A stretch of 64,000 nt of DNA from Pedosphaera sp. (GTDB lineage Bacteria > Verrucomicrobiota > Verrucomicrobiia > Limisphaerales > SIBH01): contig JANOQV010000184.1 in NCBI GenBank assembly GCA_031414955.1, positions 126,105 to 190,104 on the forward strand, written 5' to 3'. Below are positions 9,011-18,700 of the stretch, piece after piece. The notes under the pieces were generated by a model that made no database searches, was not told the DNA's origin, and was given only the letters and a program-made list of their open reading frames with translations. Position numbers and translations under genes: made by a program. How positions within the stretch are numbered: position 1 is the stretch's first letter; every line of letters starts with the position of its first letter.

Positions 9011-10435
9011 ATGAAAACAGACAAGGGCCAAACGATTCCGCAGTGTTTCATGTGCCAAACGTCGGTCACAAATCCCAAAGCGATTTTCGAATTGAACGTT
9101 TTTGCTGTGGTTGGAAATAAATTTGTTCGATATGGCTATGGGATAGGCGGCACCAGACCGCGTGAAGGAGAGCATTCAATTTTTACGCCGGTCGGCAGGT
9201 CTAGCATCGTCGGAGGGTGTTGCAAAACTTGCACGATCAAGTGTCAGGAAGAGTGGTTGGCCAAATGCGGGAAATCAAAGAAGGAGACTGGCAGATTCTT
9301 TATTGTGTTTCTCTGTGTAGCCTTGATCGGCGTCGTCTGCTTTCCACTGGTCAGCAGACTTCATTTAGCGAGCGCATGGCACATCTTACCGATTGCCGTT
9401 GCCGGCCTTGGCGCATTAGGTGCGCTTGGCGTTTTGATGCAAGCGCACGAGCACCGCGCAAAGGCCAGGAAAGGATTCTCGATCGAGACGTGCTTCACAA
9501 ACTCAGAATCTTTCAAAAAAGAGGCCACAGCCATAGCAACTTCCATCGATGTTTCGAGAGTGCGATTCAAGTTTGGAAACCCATCAGCTCTCGGCCCCTT
9601 GCTCCTAGAAGTGAAACAGATGGAGGCCTTCGCTGCGAAGGAGAATAATCTGTTGTTACTAACCGATGTTGACATTCTTTCCAATCTCACAGCCTGTGAT
9701 TTCTATGAAGATCGGTATTGGTATCTAACATCTGCCGTGTCAGGGGAATCACTTTTAGGATTCGATACGGAGGGGAATCCCAGCGGCTTCAAGCGGATTT
9801 ACCCGAACATCCCCCCAAAGATGGTAGAAGTGAAAAACATCCGATTCGCAGCTGATAAAAATGCGAGCGTCGCCTGTTTTTTTGCCGAAATCTCAGGCTT
9901 ATCAGACGTTGAAGAGCAAGAACTCGAACCAAAGCCTCCAAAAGAATTTGAATGTGTGGGCCAAGGCGTTGTGGTTTGTAGCGAAAAGACAGTTGTCTTA
10001 AAATCCCCGGGTAGTTTAGCCCACCTGCGACTTCCGGATATTGTTCGACTCGAACTTTCACTTGCCAAAAAGAGCGGTGGACGGGTGATCGCATCTTTCG
10101 TAGGCGGAGTGATTGGCTTCTTTATTGGGTTTTGCGCTGCTATTGTTGCGTTTCTTAATTCGCGACAGGTCATTGCGGCGGAGAAACTTTTGCTGATCAC
10201 TTTCGTTTTGGGGCCAGGACTCGGTGCAATTACAGCGCAGGCTTTCGTTTCAAAGAAGAAACCTGATTCCGGCTTGCTCGTTCTCGCTTTCATCCTGTCG
10301 GACGGCACTCGTCACGCGGTGTGCCTGGAACCTAAAATGGTAACCAAGGCTCGCGACGTTCTAACGTCAGCAGGACTTTCAGTTATCGACGAAACAGCAA
10401 CGGCAGTTGCTTCAACCAACCTTCCTCGAAGCTGA
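9011..10435 (+). CDS. Hypothetical membrane protein, low-GC, with N-terminal Cys pairs
   Basis: Long ORF with visibly AT-richer codon usage, CFMC and CCKTC motifs, about 4 hydrophobic segments. Confidence 0.7.
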   Translation: MKTDKGQTIPQCFMCQTSVTNPKAIFELNVFAVVGNKFVRYGYGIGGTRPREGEHSIFTPVGRSSIVGGCCKTCTIKCQEEWLAKCGKSKKETGRFFIVFLCVALIGVVCFPLVSRLHLASAWHILPIAVAGLGALGALGVLMQAHEHRAKARKGFSIETCFTNSESFKKEATAIATSIDVSRVRFKFGNPSALGPLLLEVKQMEAFAAKENNLLLLTDVDILSNLTACDFYEDRYWYLTSAVSGESLLGFDTEGNPSGFKRIYPNIPPKMVEVKNIRFAADKNASVACFFAEISGLSDVEEQELEPKPPKEFECVGQGVVVCSEKTVVLKSPGSLAHLRLPDIVRLELSLAKKSGGRVIASFVGGVIGFFIGFCAAIVAFLNSRQVIAAEKLLLITFVLGPGLGAITAQAFVSKKKPDSGLLVLAFILSDGTRHAVCLEPKMVTKARDVLTSAGLSVIDETATAVASTNLPRS

Positions 10436-10496
10436 TGTCGGGATCCTTAAACATTTTGGGGCTTTGTTGGCGCTTGGATTTTGATTTTGGGAATTC

Positions 10497-10694
10497 ATGA
10501 ACCGCACCGCCCATCTCGACCACGACCCGCTCGACGCGCGGCAGTTCGAGCTGGCCGTGCGCCGGCTGGCCAATGCGTTGAGCTACGGGCAGGAAAGCTC
10601 GCCGTTCCTCGGCGCGATCGTTTTGGAGGAGCGCCGCCGTCCCGGCGGCTTTGGACGAGCGAATAAATTAACGGCTGAATCAAACCAGAGATGA
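10497..10694 (+). pseudogene. Truncated duplicate of the DUF58 gene 5' end (40 codons) running into a REP doublet
   Basis: [40 protein letters not shown] is identical at protein level to 10811-10930. Confidence 0.85.
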
Positions 10695-10745
10695 ACGTGA
10701 GCAGCAATTCGCGCATCGTAAGCCGGCGAGGACGCCGGCGCTCCG
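10628..10745. repeat. REP doublet class A (copy 4)
   Basis: GGAGCGCCGCCGTCCCGGCGGCT...TGAATCAAACCAGAGATGAAC...AGCCGGCGAGGACGCCGGCGCTCC. Confidence 0.9.
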
Positions 10746-10810
10746 GCACGTTGCATGCGTTCCCCAGTGTGTCGTCCGTTGAAGTTTGGATGTTTCCCTG
10801 AATTCCGATC

Positions 10811-11668
10811 ATGAACCGCACCGCCCATCTCGACCACGATCCGCTCGACGCGCGGCAGTTCGAGCTGGCGGTGCGCCGGCTGGCCAACGCGTTGAGCTAC
10901 GGGCAGGAAAGCTCGCCGTTCCTCGGCGCGGGCATCGAGTATGTGCAGTCGCGCCCCTACCAGTCCGGCGACCCGGTGAAGTTCATCGACTGGCGCGTGA
11001 CGGCGCGCACGGGAAAATTTCACGTCAAGGAATACGAGGCGCCCAAGCAGATGCCGGTCTATCTGCTCGTGGACACGTCGGCGTCGATGTGCGTCAGCTC
11101 GCAGCCGTTGAGCAAATACGCCTGGGCGGTGCAAATCGCCGGCGGCCTCGCGCTGGCGGCGATTGACCACATGAATCCCGTGGGCGTGCTGACCGTGGGC
11201 GAGCGCGACCTGCATCACAAGCCGACGCTGGCGCGCAGTTCGGTGATGCAATGGATGCACGCGCTGCGCCGCTATCATTTCGCCGAGGGCACGACGTTGG
11301 GCCGGCGCGTGCGCGAATTGGTGCCGCGCGTCGAGCAGCGCTGCCTGTTCGTGGTGCTGAGCGACCTGCACGACCCGGACGCGATTCCCGCCATCAAGCT
11401 TATGGCGCAGGATCACGATTGCGTGGTGCTGCATCTCGAAGACCCGGCGGAGCGCGGGCGTCTCGGCGGCGGCATCTACCGCGCGGTCGAAGCGGAGACG
11501 GGGCGCGAGTTCGTGGCGCACGGGCGCAGCCGGTGGTTCGATCAGGAAGAGACGCACAAGCTCTCGCGCGCTGGTGTTGATTATCTGCGCCTGCCGACGA
11601 ATGAACCGATGCTGCCACGCCTGCGGCATCTCTTCAAAAATCGCGGCGGCACGAGGAGGGGGGCGTGA
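10811..11668 (+). CDS. DUF58 domain protein (MoxR partner)
   Basis: G.GIEY..SRPYQSGD.VKFIDWRVTAR, VKEYE, LLVDTSASM, VLSD. Confidence 0.92.
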   Translation: MNRTAHLDHDPLDARQFELAVRRLANALSYGQESSPFLGAGIEYVQSRPYQSGDPVKFIDWRVTARTGKFHVKEYEAPKQMPVYLLVDTSASMCVSSQPLSKYAWAVQIAGGLALAAIDHMNPVGVLTVGERDLHHKPTLARSSVMQWMHALRRYHFAEGTTLGRRVRELVPRVEQRCLFVVLSDLHDPDAIPAIKLMAQDHDCVVLHLEDPAERGRLGGGIYRAVEAETGREFVAHGRSRWFDQEETHKLSRAGVDYLRLPTNEPMLPRLRHLFKNRGGTRRGA

Positions 11669-12690
11669 AAAAAAAGCCCCAAGCTCCAAGCTCCAACCTC
11701 CAGGGAAGATCCAAGCTTCAAGCACCCAGGGGATGGCGCGTCGCTTGGGCAGGGAGCGCCGAGCATCGCTCGGCTTTGGGCATAGCCACGCACGTTCGTG
11801 CCGAGCGATGCTCGGCGCTCCGTTCTTCAGTGTGGTGCCGATTGGATCTTGGAACTTGGTGTTTCTCTGGTGCTTGGAGCTTGGTGCTTGGTGCTTTTCT
11901 CCTGTCCGCTTCAGCGATCTGGGCGGCGACCAACCCAACCAACACCGCTTCACGCAACATCGGCATCGAGGGCAAGGTCACCGTGGCCCTGCCCAAGCCG
12001 GACTACAAACCGCGTCCGCTCGACGACCGCACGGAATTAATTCTGCGCATCGAGAGCGTGAAGCCGTTGTCCAACGGCCAGCACAACTACGAGTTCTTCT
12101 ACATGGGCCTCGAACAGGGCGCGTACAAGCTCGCGGACTTTCTCATTCGCCCGGACGGCACGCGGCCTGATGAACTGGGCGATCTGCGCATCCAGGTGCG
12201 CGCGATGCTGCCCGAGGATCACGACGGCAAGCTCAACACCTACGTGCCACGACTGTTTCCGTTCGTCGGCGGCTATCGCGCGGCGCTGGTCATCCTCTGC
12301 GTGCTCTGGGTGGGCGGCATCGCGGCTTACATTATCCTCACACGGAAAAAGCGCGTGGTGGCCGCGCCGGTGGCGGTGGTGCCCGAGCCATCGTTCGCCG
12401 AGCGGCTGCGTCCGCTGGTGGAAGCGGCAGCGGAAGGAAAACTCTCCGTTCAAGACCAGGCCAGCCTGGAGCGGCTGCTCATGGGCTACTGGCGGGAGAA
12501 GCTGAACTTCTCCGGTCTAGGCGTGGCCGAGGCGCTGGCGCGGCTCAAAGCCCACGCTGAAGCGGGCGACTTGCTGCGCGCGCTGGAGCGCTGGCTGCAC
12601 CAGCCGGGCGGAGCGACGAAGGAAGAGGTGGCGGTGCTGTTACAGCCGTATCGGCAGGTGTCGGCGGCGGTCCAAGGAGGGGCAGAGTGA
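11665..12690 (+). CDS. Hypothetical exported/single-TM protein of the MoxR-vWA operon; N-terminus is repeat-derived
   Basis: GTGA overlap with the DUF58 stop, AGGAGG upstream, signal-like segment, TM near the C-terminal third. Confidence 0.75.
   Translation: MKKKPQAPSSNLQGRSKLQAPRGWRVAWAGSAEHRSALGIATHVRAERCSALRSSVWCRLDLGTWCFSGAWSLVLGAFLLSASAIWAATNPTNTASRNIGIEGKVTVALPKPDYKPRPLDDRTELILRIESVKPLSNGQHNYEFFYMGLEQGAYKLADFLIRPDGTRPDELGDLRIQVRAMLPEDHDGKLNTYVPRLFPFVGGYRAALVILCVLWVGGIAAYIILTRKKRVVAAPVAVVPEPSFAERLRPLVEAAAEGKLSVQDQASLERLLMGYWREKLNFSGLGVAEALARLKAHAEAGDLLRALERWLHQPGGATKEEVAVLLQPYRQVSAAVQGGAE
11672..11898. repeat. Heptamer-repeat inverted hairpin ((CCAAGCT/A)n ... (TGCTTGG)n) with a nested REP doublet class B
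   Basis: Left arm 11672-11728 is an imperfect reverse complement of 11842-11898; inner perfect 22-bp inverted repeat at 11753-11774 / 11800-11821. Confidence 0.88.
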
Positions 12691-12848
12691 AGATCCAAGA
12701 TCCAAGATCCAAGATCCAGAGAAGCGCCAAGCTCCAAACACCAACCGACGGCGGGCAGCACCGCGACACGAAAGCACGTTGGATCTTGGTGTTTGGACCT
12801 TATCTGGATCTTGGATCTTGGATCTTGGATCTTTTCCCCCGCGCATGA
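12687..12848 (+). other. 53-aa bridging mini-ORF across an (AAGATCC)n heptamer hairpin
   Basis: GTG 12687 overlaps the upstream TGA, with AAGGAGG at 12674-12680; its TGA 12846-12848 overlaps the vWA ATG 12845. Hairpin arms 12690-12744 / 12779-12833 have a 31-bp perfect outer stem. Confidence 0.6.
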
Positions 12849-13780
12849 GCTTCCACCATCCAGTCTTCCTCTGGCTGCTCGCCCTGCCCTTCGCCTGGGC
12901 TTTCTGGCAGTGGACGCGGCGTGGACATCTGGTGGTCGTGCCATTCGACCACGGGCCGCAACGCGAAGGCCGCCGGCTGCGCGTGCTGGTGAATTGCGCG
13001 CAGACGCTGCCCGCGCTGTTGCTCGCCATCGCAGTTCTTATTCTCGCCGGCCCGCGCCGGCCCGCGCCGCCGGAGAACGAGCGCATCCTGAACAACATCA
13101 TCATCTGCCTCGATGTGTCCGGCTCGATGACGGCGCCCTTCGGCAGCTATCGCGGCCGCGCGGCCAAGACGCGCTTCGACGGTGCCATGGAAGCGGCCAA
13201 GGACTTCTGTGAATACCGCAAGGGTGACGCGTTCGGCCTGACCATCTTCGGCTCGGAGTATTTGCACTGGTTCCCGCCGACCAAAGAGTTGTCCGCGATT
13301 CGCAATGCGCTGCCGTTCGTACGTCCGCAGAACATGCCGCCGTGGTTTGGCGGCACGCTCATCGCGCGGGCACTGCGTGGTTGCAAGGACCGCCTCGCGC
13401 GCACCAAGGAAGGCGACCGTGCCATTATCCTGATCACGGACGGCGGCAGCGCGGACTTCGGGAATGGCGGCGACCGGCAGATCGCGCAGGAACTGGCCGA
13501 GCACAAGATCCGCGTCTTCACGATTTTGATCGGCAATGACCTGTTCGGCACGGGCGGTATTTACACCATCGGCGCGCTCACGAGCGGCAAGGTCTTTCAG
13601 GCGGGAGACCCCGGCGCTTTGGAAACGATCTTCCGCGAGATCGATCAGATGCAGAAAGCGCAGTTCAAGCAGACCACCTCCGACTGGGTGGATTATTACA
13701 GGCCGCTGGCTTGGGCGGGACTGGGCATCGCTGCAATCTGGGGATTGTCGCTGTTGGGACTGAGATACACACCGTGGTGA
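12845..13780 (+). CDS. vWA domain protein (BatA-like)
   Basis: MSFHHPVFLWLLALP N-terminal TM, MIDAS DVSGSM, GT, LITDG, C-terminal TM. Confidence 0.88.
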   Translation: MSFHHPVFLWLLALPFAWAFWQWTRRGHLVVVPFDHGPQREGRRLRVLVNCAQTLPALLLAIAVLILAGPRRPAPPENERILNNIIICLDVSGSMTAPFGSYRGRAAKTRFDGAMEAAKDFCEYRKGDAFGLTIFGSEYLHWFPPTKELSAIRNALPFVRPQNMPPWFGGTLIARALRGCKDRLARTKEGDRAIILITDGGSADFGNGGDRQIAQELAEHKIRVFTILIGNDLFGTGGIYTIGALTSGKVFQAGDPGALETIFREIDQMQKAQFKQTTSDWVDYYRPLAWAGLGIAAIWGLSLLGLRYTPW

Positions 13781-13784
13781 AAAC

Positions 13785-14789
13785 ATGAGCCGGGAAGAAA
13801 TCATCGCCATCGCCTCGTGGGCCGCTTGCGGCGCCGTAGCGCTGGGAATTTTCGCGGAATGGCTGCACGCGCGGCGCCTTCGCCGGCTGGCGCGGCTGGC
13901 CTTCGGTCCGGAACAGGAACCGCGGCTCTGGACGAAGCTCGTGCCGCCGTTGCGCGTACTTGGCCTGGCCGGCGTAGTGTGGGCGCTCGTCGTGTTGATG
14001 GGTTTCGAGGGTTCGAGCCGCAGCCGCGAACGCACCGCCAAGGCCACGCGTCATCTCATGGTGATGCTCGATGTCTCACCCAGCATGTTGTTGAAGGACG
14101 GCGGCGAGCACGCTTCGCAGACGCGCGCGGCCCGCGCCGCGGAATTGCTCCGCTCCGTGATGGAGCGCGCGCCGAGCGCCGAGGTGAAGATCACGATGGC
14201 GTGCTTCTACACGGATTCCATGCTGCTGGTGAAGGAGTGCTCCGACCGCGAGGTGATCTGGAATTTTGCTGACAATTTACCGCTCTACATCGCCTATCGT
14301 CCGGGTAAAACTGACATGGTGAAATCCCTGAACACCGCCGGCGAGTTCGTGAAGGACTTCCCGCGCAAGAGCACCACGCTGCTCGTGCTCTCGGACGGCG
14401 ACACGGTGCCGGACTCAGGACTGAAGCCGATGCCCTCATCGGTCACGGACATCATCTTCGCCGGCGTGGGAGATCCGATGCGCGGGACGTTCATCGACGG
14501 CCATCTTTCGCGGCAGGACAACGGATCGCTCTCGCAGCTCGCGCGGCGGTTGGGCGGGAATTACCACAACGGCAACGTGAAACATGTGCCGAGCGAAATG
14601 CTGCGCCACCTGCTCGCGCCGGATGAGACGAGCGAGAAATTCAAAGTGAACCTGCGTGTGCTCGCCATCATCATTCTGGGTGCGAGCGCATCGCTGCTGT
14701 GCCTGCTGCCGTTGTTGCTGGAATACTTCGGCAGCGCGTGGAAGCCGGTGGTGCGTGCGGTGAAGCAGGAAGAAGAGGTGGCCGCGTGA
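13785..14789 (+). CDS. vWA domain protein (BatB-like)
   Basis: Two N-terminal TMs, DVSPSM, VLSDGD, GVGD, C-terminal TM. Confidence 0.85.
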   Translation: MSREEIIAIASWAACGAVALGIFAEWLHARRLRRLARLAFGPEQEPRLWTKLVPPLRVLGLAGVVWALVVLMGFEGSSRSRERTAKATRHLMVMLDVSPSMLLKDGGEHASQTRAARAAELLRSVMERAPSAEVKITMACFYTDSMLLVKECSDREVIWNFADNLPLYIAYRPGKTDMVKSLNTAGEFVKDFPRKSTTLLVLSDGDTVPDSGLKPMPSSVTDIIFAGVGDPMRGTFIDGHLSRQDNGSLSQLARRLGGNYHNGNVKHVPSEMLRHLLAPDETSEKFKVNLRVLAIIILGASASLLCLLPLLLEYFGSAWKPVVRAVKQEEEVAA

Positions 14790-14917
14790 ACTGGCGAAAC
14801 ATCAAATACCAAACTTCAAACATCAAAGAAACAGCAAGCACCGAGCAGCAATCAGCTGGCGGCGGTGGACGTTCGGTTGGTGTTTGGAGTTTGTCCTCGA
14901 AAGGAGTTCTCCAATGA
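14786..14917 (+). other. 43-aa bridging mini-ORF across a degenerate (CAAACAT/CAAACTT) heptamer hairpin
   Basis: GTG 14786 overlaps the upstream TGA; TGA 14915-14917 overlaps ATG 14914. Confidence 0.55.
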
Positions 14918-15654
14918 AAAAACTGTTCTTGTTCTTCTGGCTCCTGCTGCCGCTGCCCGTGATCGTCTGGCACTACGGGCCGGGGCAAAAATGGTTCGCG
15001 CGCGATCAGGCGCACACGCTCATCCAGCGCGCGCAGCAATTTGAGTCAGAACGGAAATGGAGCGAAGCCGAGTCGCTCTATCGCGAGGCCGCCGGCAAGG
15101 TGCGCAACGAGGACCCCAAGCTTAAGACCCAGCTCGACATTGCCCTCGTACGGCAGCGTTACCGGCAAGGGGGTGCGGTCGAATCCATCGACATGATCGA
15201 CAGCGTGATCAGCGACGCGAAATTTCACCAGCAACCGGCGGAGATTCAACGCGAAGCACGCGAACTGGCCGGACGAATCCATTATCACGCCGCCTGGGTC
15301 ATGCGGCTCGAAGGCGCGCAAAAGGATCTCTGGATGGAAGAGGCGGAGTTGTCGCGGCAGAACTTTCGTTTGCTCTCCGAGGAAACGTTATCCGCCGGCA
15401 AGGCCAGCTACTCGCAGCTTCAGCAGACGAACCTGGAAAGCTCGGTGCGGTTGCAACGCATGGGCCTGGTGGATTTGATGGCGAAGCCCCTCCCCGAAGA
15501 GGGCCGCACGATGGTGGGCCAGGGCCTGACCGAACAGATGGGGCGCCGCCGCGGGCAGCGCGGCAACCGCCCGGGCATCGGTCCAAACGAAGACGCGCGC
15601 GAGCCGGGCAAGGGCGCAGGCACCTCGCGCTTCGAGCCGGGGAAGGGATCGTGA
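14914..15654 (+). CDS. Hypothetical helical/TPR-like protein (BatC position)
   Basis: AAGGAG RBS, N-terminal hydrophobic anchor, helical repeats, Gly/charged C-tail. Confidence 0.7.
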   Translation: MKKLFLFFWLLLPLPVIVWHYGPGQKWFARDQAHTLIQRAQQFESERKWSEAESLYREAAGKVRNEDPKLKTQLDIALVRQRYRQGGAVESIDMIDSVISDAKFHQQPAEIQREARELAGRIHYHAAWVMRLEGAQKDLWMEEAELSRQNFRLLSEETLSAGKASYSQLQQTNLESSVRLQRMGLVDLMAKPLPEEGRTMVGQGLTEQMGRRRGQRGNRPGIGPNEDAREPGKGAGTSRFEPGKGS

Positions 15655-15659
15655 GCACG

Positions 15660-15730
15660 AGCGTTGAAAGCGCGGGATTCGACGGCCCAGGGGCTTGCCC
15701 TGGGCTGACAAATTCCGCCCCGTTGGGGCT
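15660..15730. repeat. Palindromic repeat (GCCCAGGG..CCCTGGGC; GCCCCGTTGGGGC)
   Basis: Two hairpins, similar to 8890-8986. Confidence 0.55.
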
Positions 15731-15765
15731 GGGATGGATGGCTTAAAAGATTTTTTAGAGAACAC

Positions 15766-18700
15766 ATGAACACAAAACTCTTCATCACCGTCGGTGCGGT
15801 TTTGCTCTACCTGCCGGTCACGCGCGTTGCGGCCCAGACCACCGCCGCTCCGGCGACGGTGCAGATTGCCGTGCCAGTGACGGCGTTGCGAGCGGTCACG
15901 ACTGCCGCGCCGATCGCCGCCGCCAAGAAAGCCACGAACTCCTCCGAGGCCATGCCTCCGGAACTGACCAACGCCATCCACGTCATGAGCTTCGATCGCT
16001 CCTCAGAGTCGCTCTTCGAGGCGGTGAAGTCGCAGCAATCCGGCGGCAAGCTCTCCGAGTCCGAAAAGTTCCGCCTCGCGCTCCTGCTCGGTGACTGGAA
16101 GTCGATCGGCGTGGCCTTGAAGACCCTGCCCGAGGAAGACGCGAACACGGCCTATGCCCGGCTGCTCGAATCGTTGACCACCAACTCTCAGTCGGCCTCG
16201 CAATTTTTCCAGCAGCAGGCCGCGCGTTCGGCTTCCTCGATCACATACGACGAGAATGGCAACCCGATGGCGGCAGCCGCGCCCGGGCCGAGCACGCGGC
16301 GAGGGCTGTTCCTGAGCGATGACTTTTACGCGGTACTCGATGCGGCTCCGGCCGATCTCACGGCGTCGCACATCCCCAGCGTGACCTCGCTGGTGCGGAC
16401 GGCGATCGGCAACGGCGGCAAGCAGGATTTCCTGGTGCGCTTACAGAAGGGACTCAAGGGCATCGGCGGCACCAACGCGCCCGGCAAGAAGCTCGCCTCG
16501 CAACTGCTCTCCAGCGTCGGCTGGATGAGCGACGCCGGGCCGTATCTGCCGCTCGATCGTTCCGAATGGGACAGCGCGGACACGCTCACGCTCGTTCTGA
16601 CCATGGAGTTTTTCACCCAGACCGGCGTGGAGAAACGCGACGAACGCCAGCTCAAGAAAGCCGCCGAGATGTGCGCCTTCATGATGCAGACGAGCCGCTT
16701 CGGATCGAGCGACCGCGGCGTCTTCAAGCAGGCCACGGATCGCTTCGTGAAGCTGCTGCCCGCGCTGGAGCCGGCGGATGCCGAGCAGCTCATCCGGGAA
16801 AATTTCCTGACCCAGACGCCGCTGATGATCGATCTGATCCTCGCGCTCGGCGACGCCGGTCATCAGACGCTGAGGAGCAGCGACCTGCGCGCGCGTGAGC
16901 AAAGCCTGGCCACGCAGAACATCTTGATGCGCGTGCTGGAGGGCAAGAAGGCCGCGCTGCCCGAGGCGGTGAACGTGCTGGTGATGAACTGGCTGGGCGA
17001 GGCCGAGCAAACCTATCGCTCTGGTGGGCGCAACCAGGAGCAGAACATGATCGACTCGGACTATTACATCTACCGCTCCGTGGCGACCACTGCGCGCCCG
17101 AAGACTCTCGCCCCGGACGTGATCCTCTCGCGCGCGCCGTCCGCGACGCTCACCAAACGGTTGAACCAGGGGCTGGCGCAGCGCGTGAACCTGACCACGC
17201 TGAAAGTCACGCTGTTGAACCCCACCGAGATGACGCTCGAGACGCTCAAGAGCTATCTCAAGGAACATCCCGGCCAGGAGAAGGAACTCTGCCAGGACTA
17301 TCTCGCGGCCTGGGTGAAGAAGCGCATGGTGCAGCCGGAAGACCCGAACATCCTGCGCATGAGGCTGCTCGGCTACAACGTGGCCAAGCCGCCGACGAGC
17401 GGCATTCCGCTCACCCGCCTGCGCCAGAACCAGAACGTGGCCGAGTTCAAAACGATGCTCGCGGCGTTGCGCGCGATGTCGCCGGAGCCGATCGAGCCGG
17501 GCACGGTCATTCAAAGCTTCATGACCATCCACAGCGGCGCGGAGGTTTACCGGCTCGAAGACATCGAGGCCATCTTCGGCCCGCCGGAAAAGATGAGCCG
17601 CGCCGAGCTGATGAATCTCGTCACCGGCATGAGGACCAAGCTGCGCGAGCAATGGCGCGACCAGCAGGCCCAGCAGGATGCCGGCTCGAACCGCACCGAG
17701 ACGGAGACGAAGGATGAAGTTTCACGCGGCTACCGCACCGCGCTCGAACTGGTGAAGCGCGGTCTCAAGCCGGAAGACGCCGAGTGGAAGGAGTTCATCG
17801 TGCGCGGCCAGCTTTTCTTCGACGCTTCGGAGTATGAGTTTTCCCGCCAGATCAAGCTGGGCGATTACGTGAACCTGCGCGACGAGGCGTTCGGCAGCTA
17901 CAAGAAGGCCTCGGAGATTTACGCCGGCAAGGTGCCCGAGATGCCCAAGGGCCAGTGGACGATGGAGCCTTACCAGATGTGGTTCTTCGTCATGCTGGGC
18001 GCGAGCGACCTCTCGCAGCTCACCCGAGCGGCGGCGCGATCCGACCCGGGGCTGAAATTGATTGGCGATGCCATGCGCGCCTTGCCCGGCGAAGCGGCTG
18101 AAGGTCACCTGACCAAGTTCGGCGAGATGCTCGGCAGCGTGCTCGGCCAGGTGCCGGCGAACATGAAGCAGAAATTCCTCGGCGCCGGCTTGCAGGTGGT
18201 CGGCGAGAGTCATCCCAGCGCCAAGGTCGCGAGCGCCGCGCTCGGCAATTACAAGGAGCTGGTCGATGAAGTGCAGTTGCGCCTGGCCGTGGATGGGCCG
18301 ACGCGCGTCGGCCACACCCAGCCGTTCGGCGCGTTCGTGAGCATCGAGCACACGCGGCAGCTCGCGCGCGAGAGCGGCGGCTTCGGCAAGTATCTCCAGA
18401 ACCTCCAGTCGCAGCAGCGCAACATCATCTACTACGGCAACGCCGGGCAGAAGGCGATCAACTACCGCGACGAGTTCACCAAGAACATCCACGCCGCGCT
18501 GGACGAAACCTTCGAGGTCGCGAGCATCACGTTCCAGGATGCCGGCGTGAAGGAGATCGATCTGCCGCGCGAAGGCTGGCAGGAGACGCCCATGGCCTAC
18601 CTCGTGTTGCGCGCCAAGGATGCCGCCGTGGATCGTGTGCCGTCCTTCCAGTTGGACATGGATTTCTCGGACACGGCCGGGCAGGTCGTGCTGCCCATCC

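Noticed and set aside
7825..10745. Four ~118-bp repeats as a CRISPR array or integron attC sites
   Set aside because: They are too long and irregularly spaced, there is no cas or integrase gene, and the GGAG-foot hairpin structure plus adjacent RAYT fit REP doublets.
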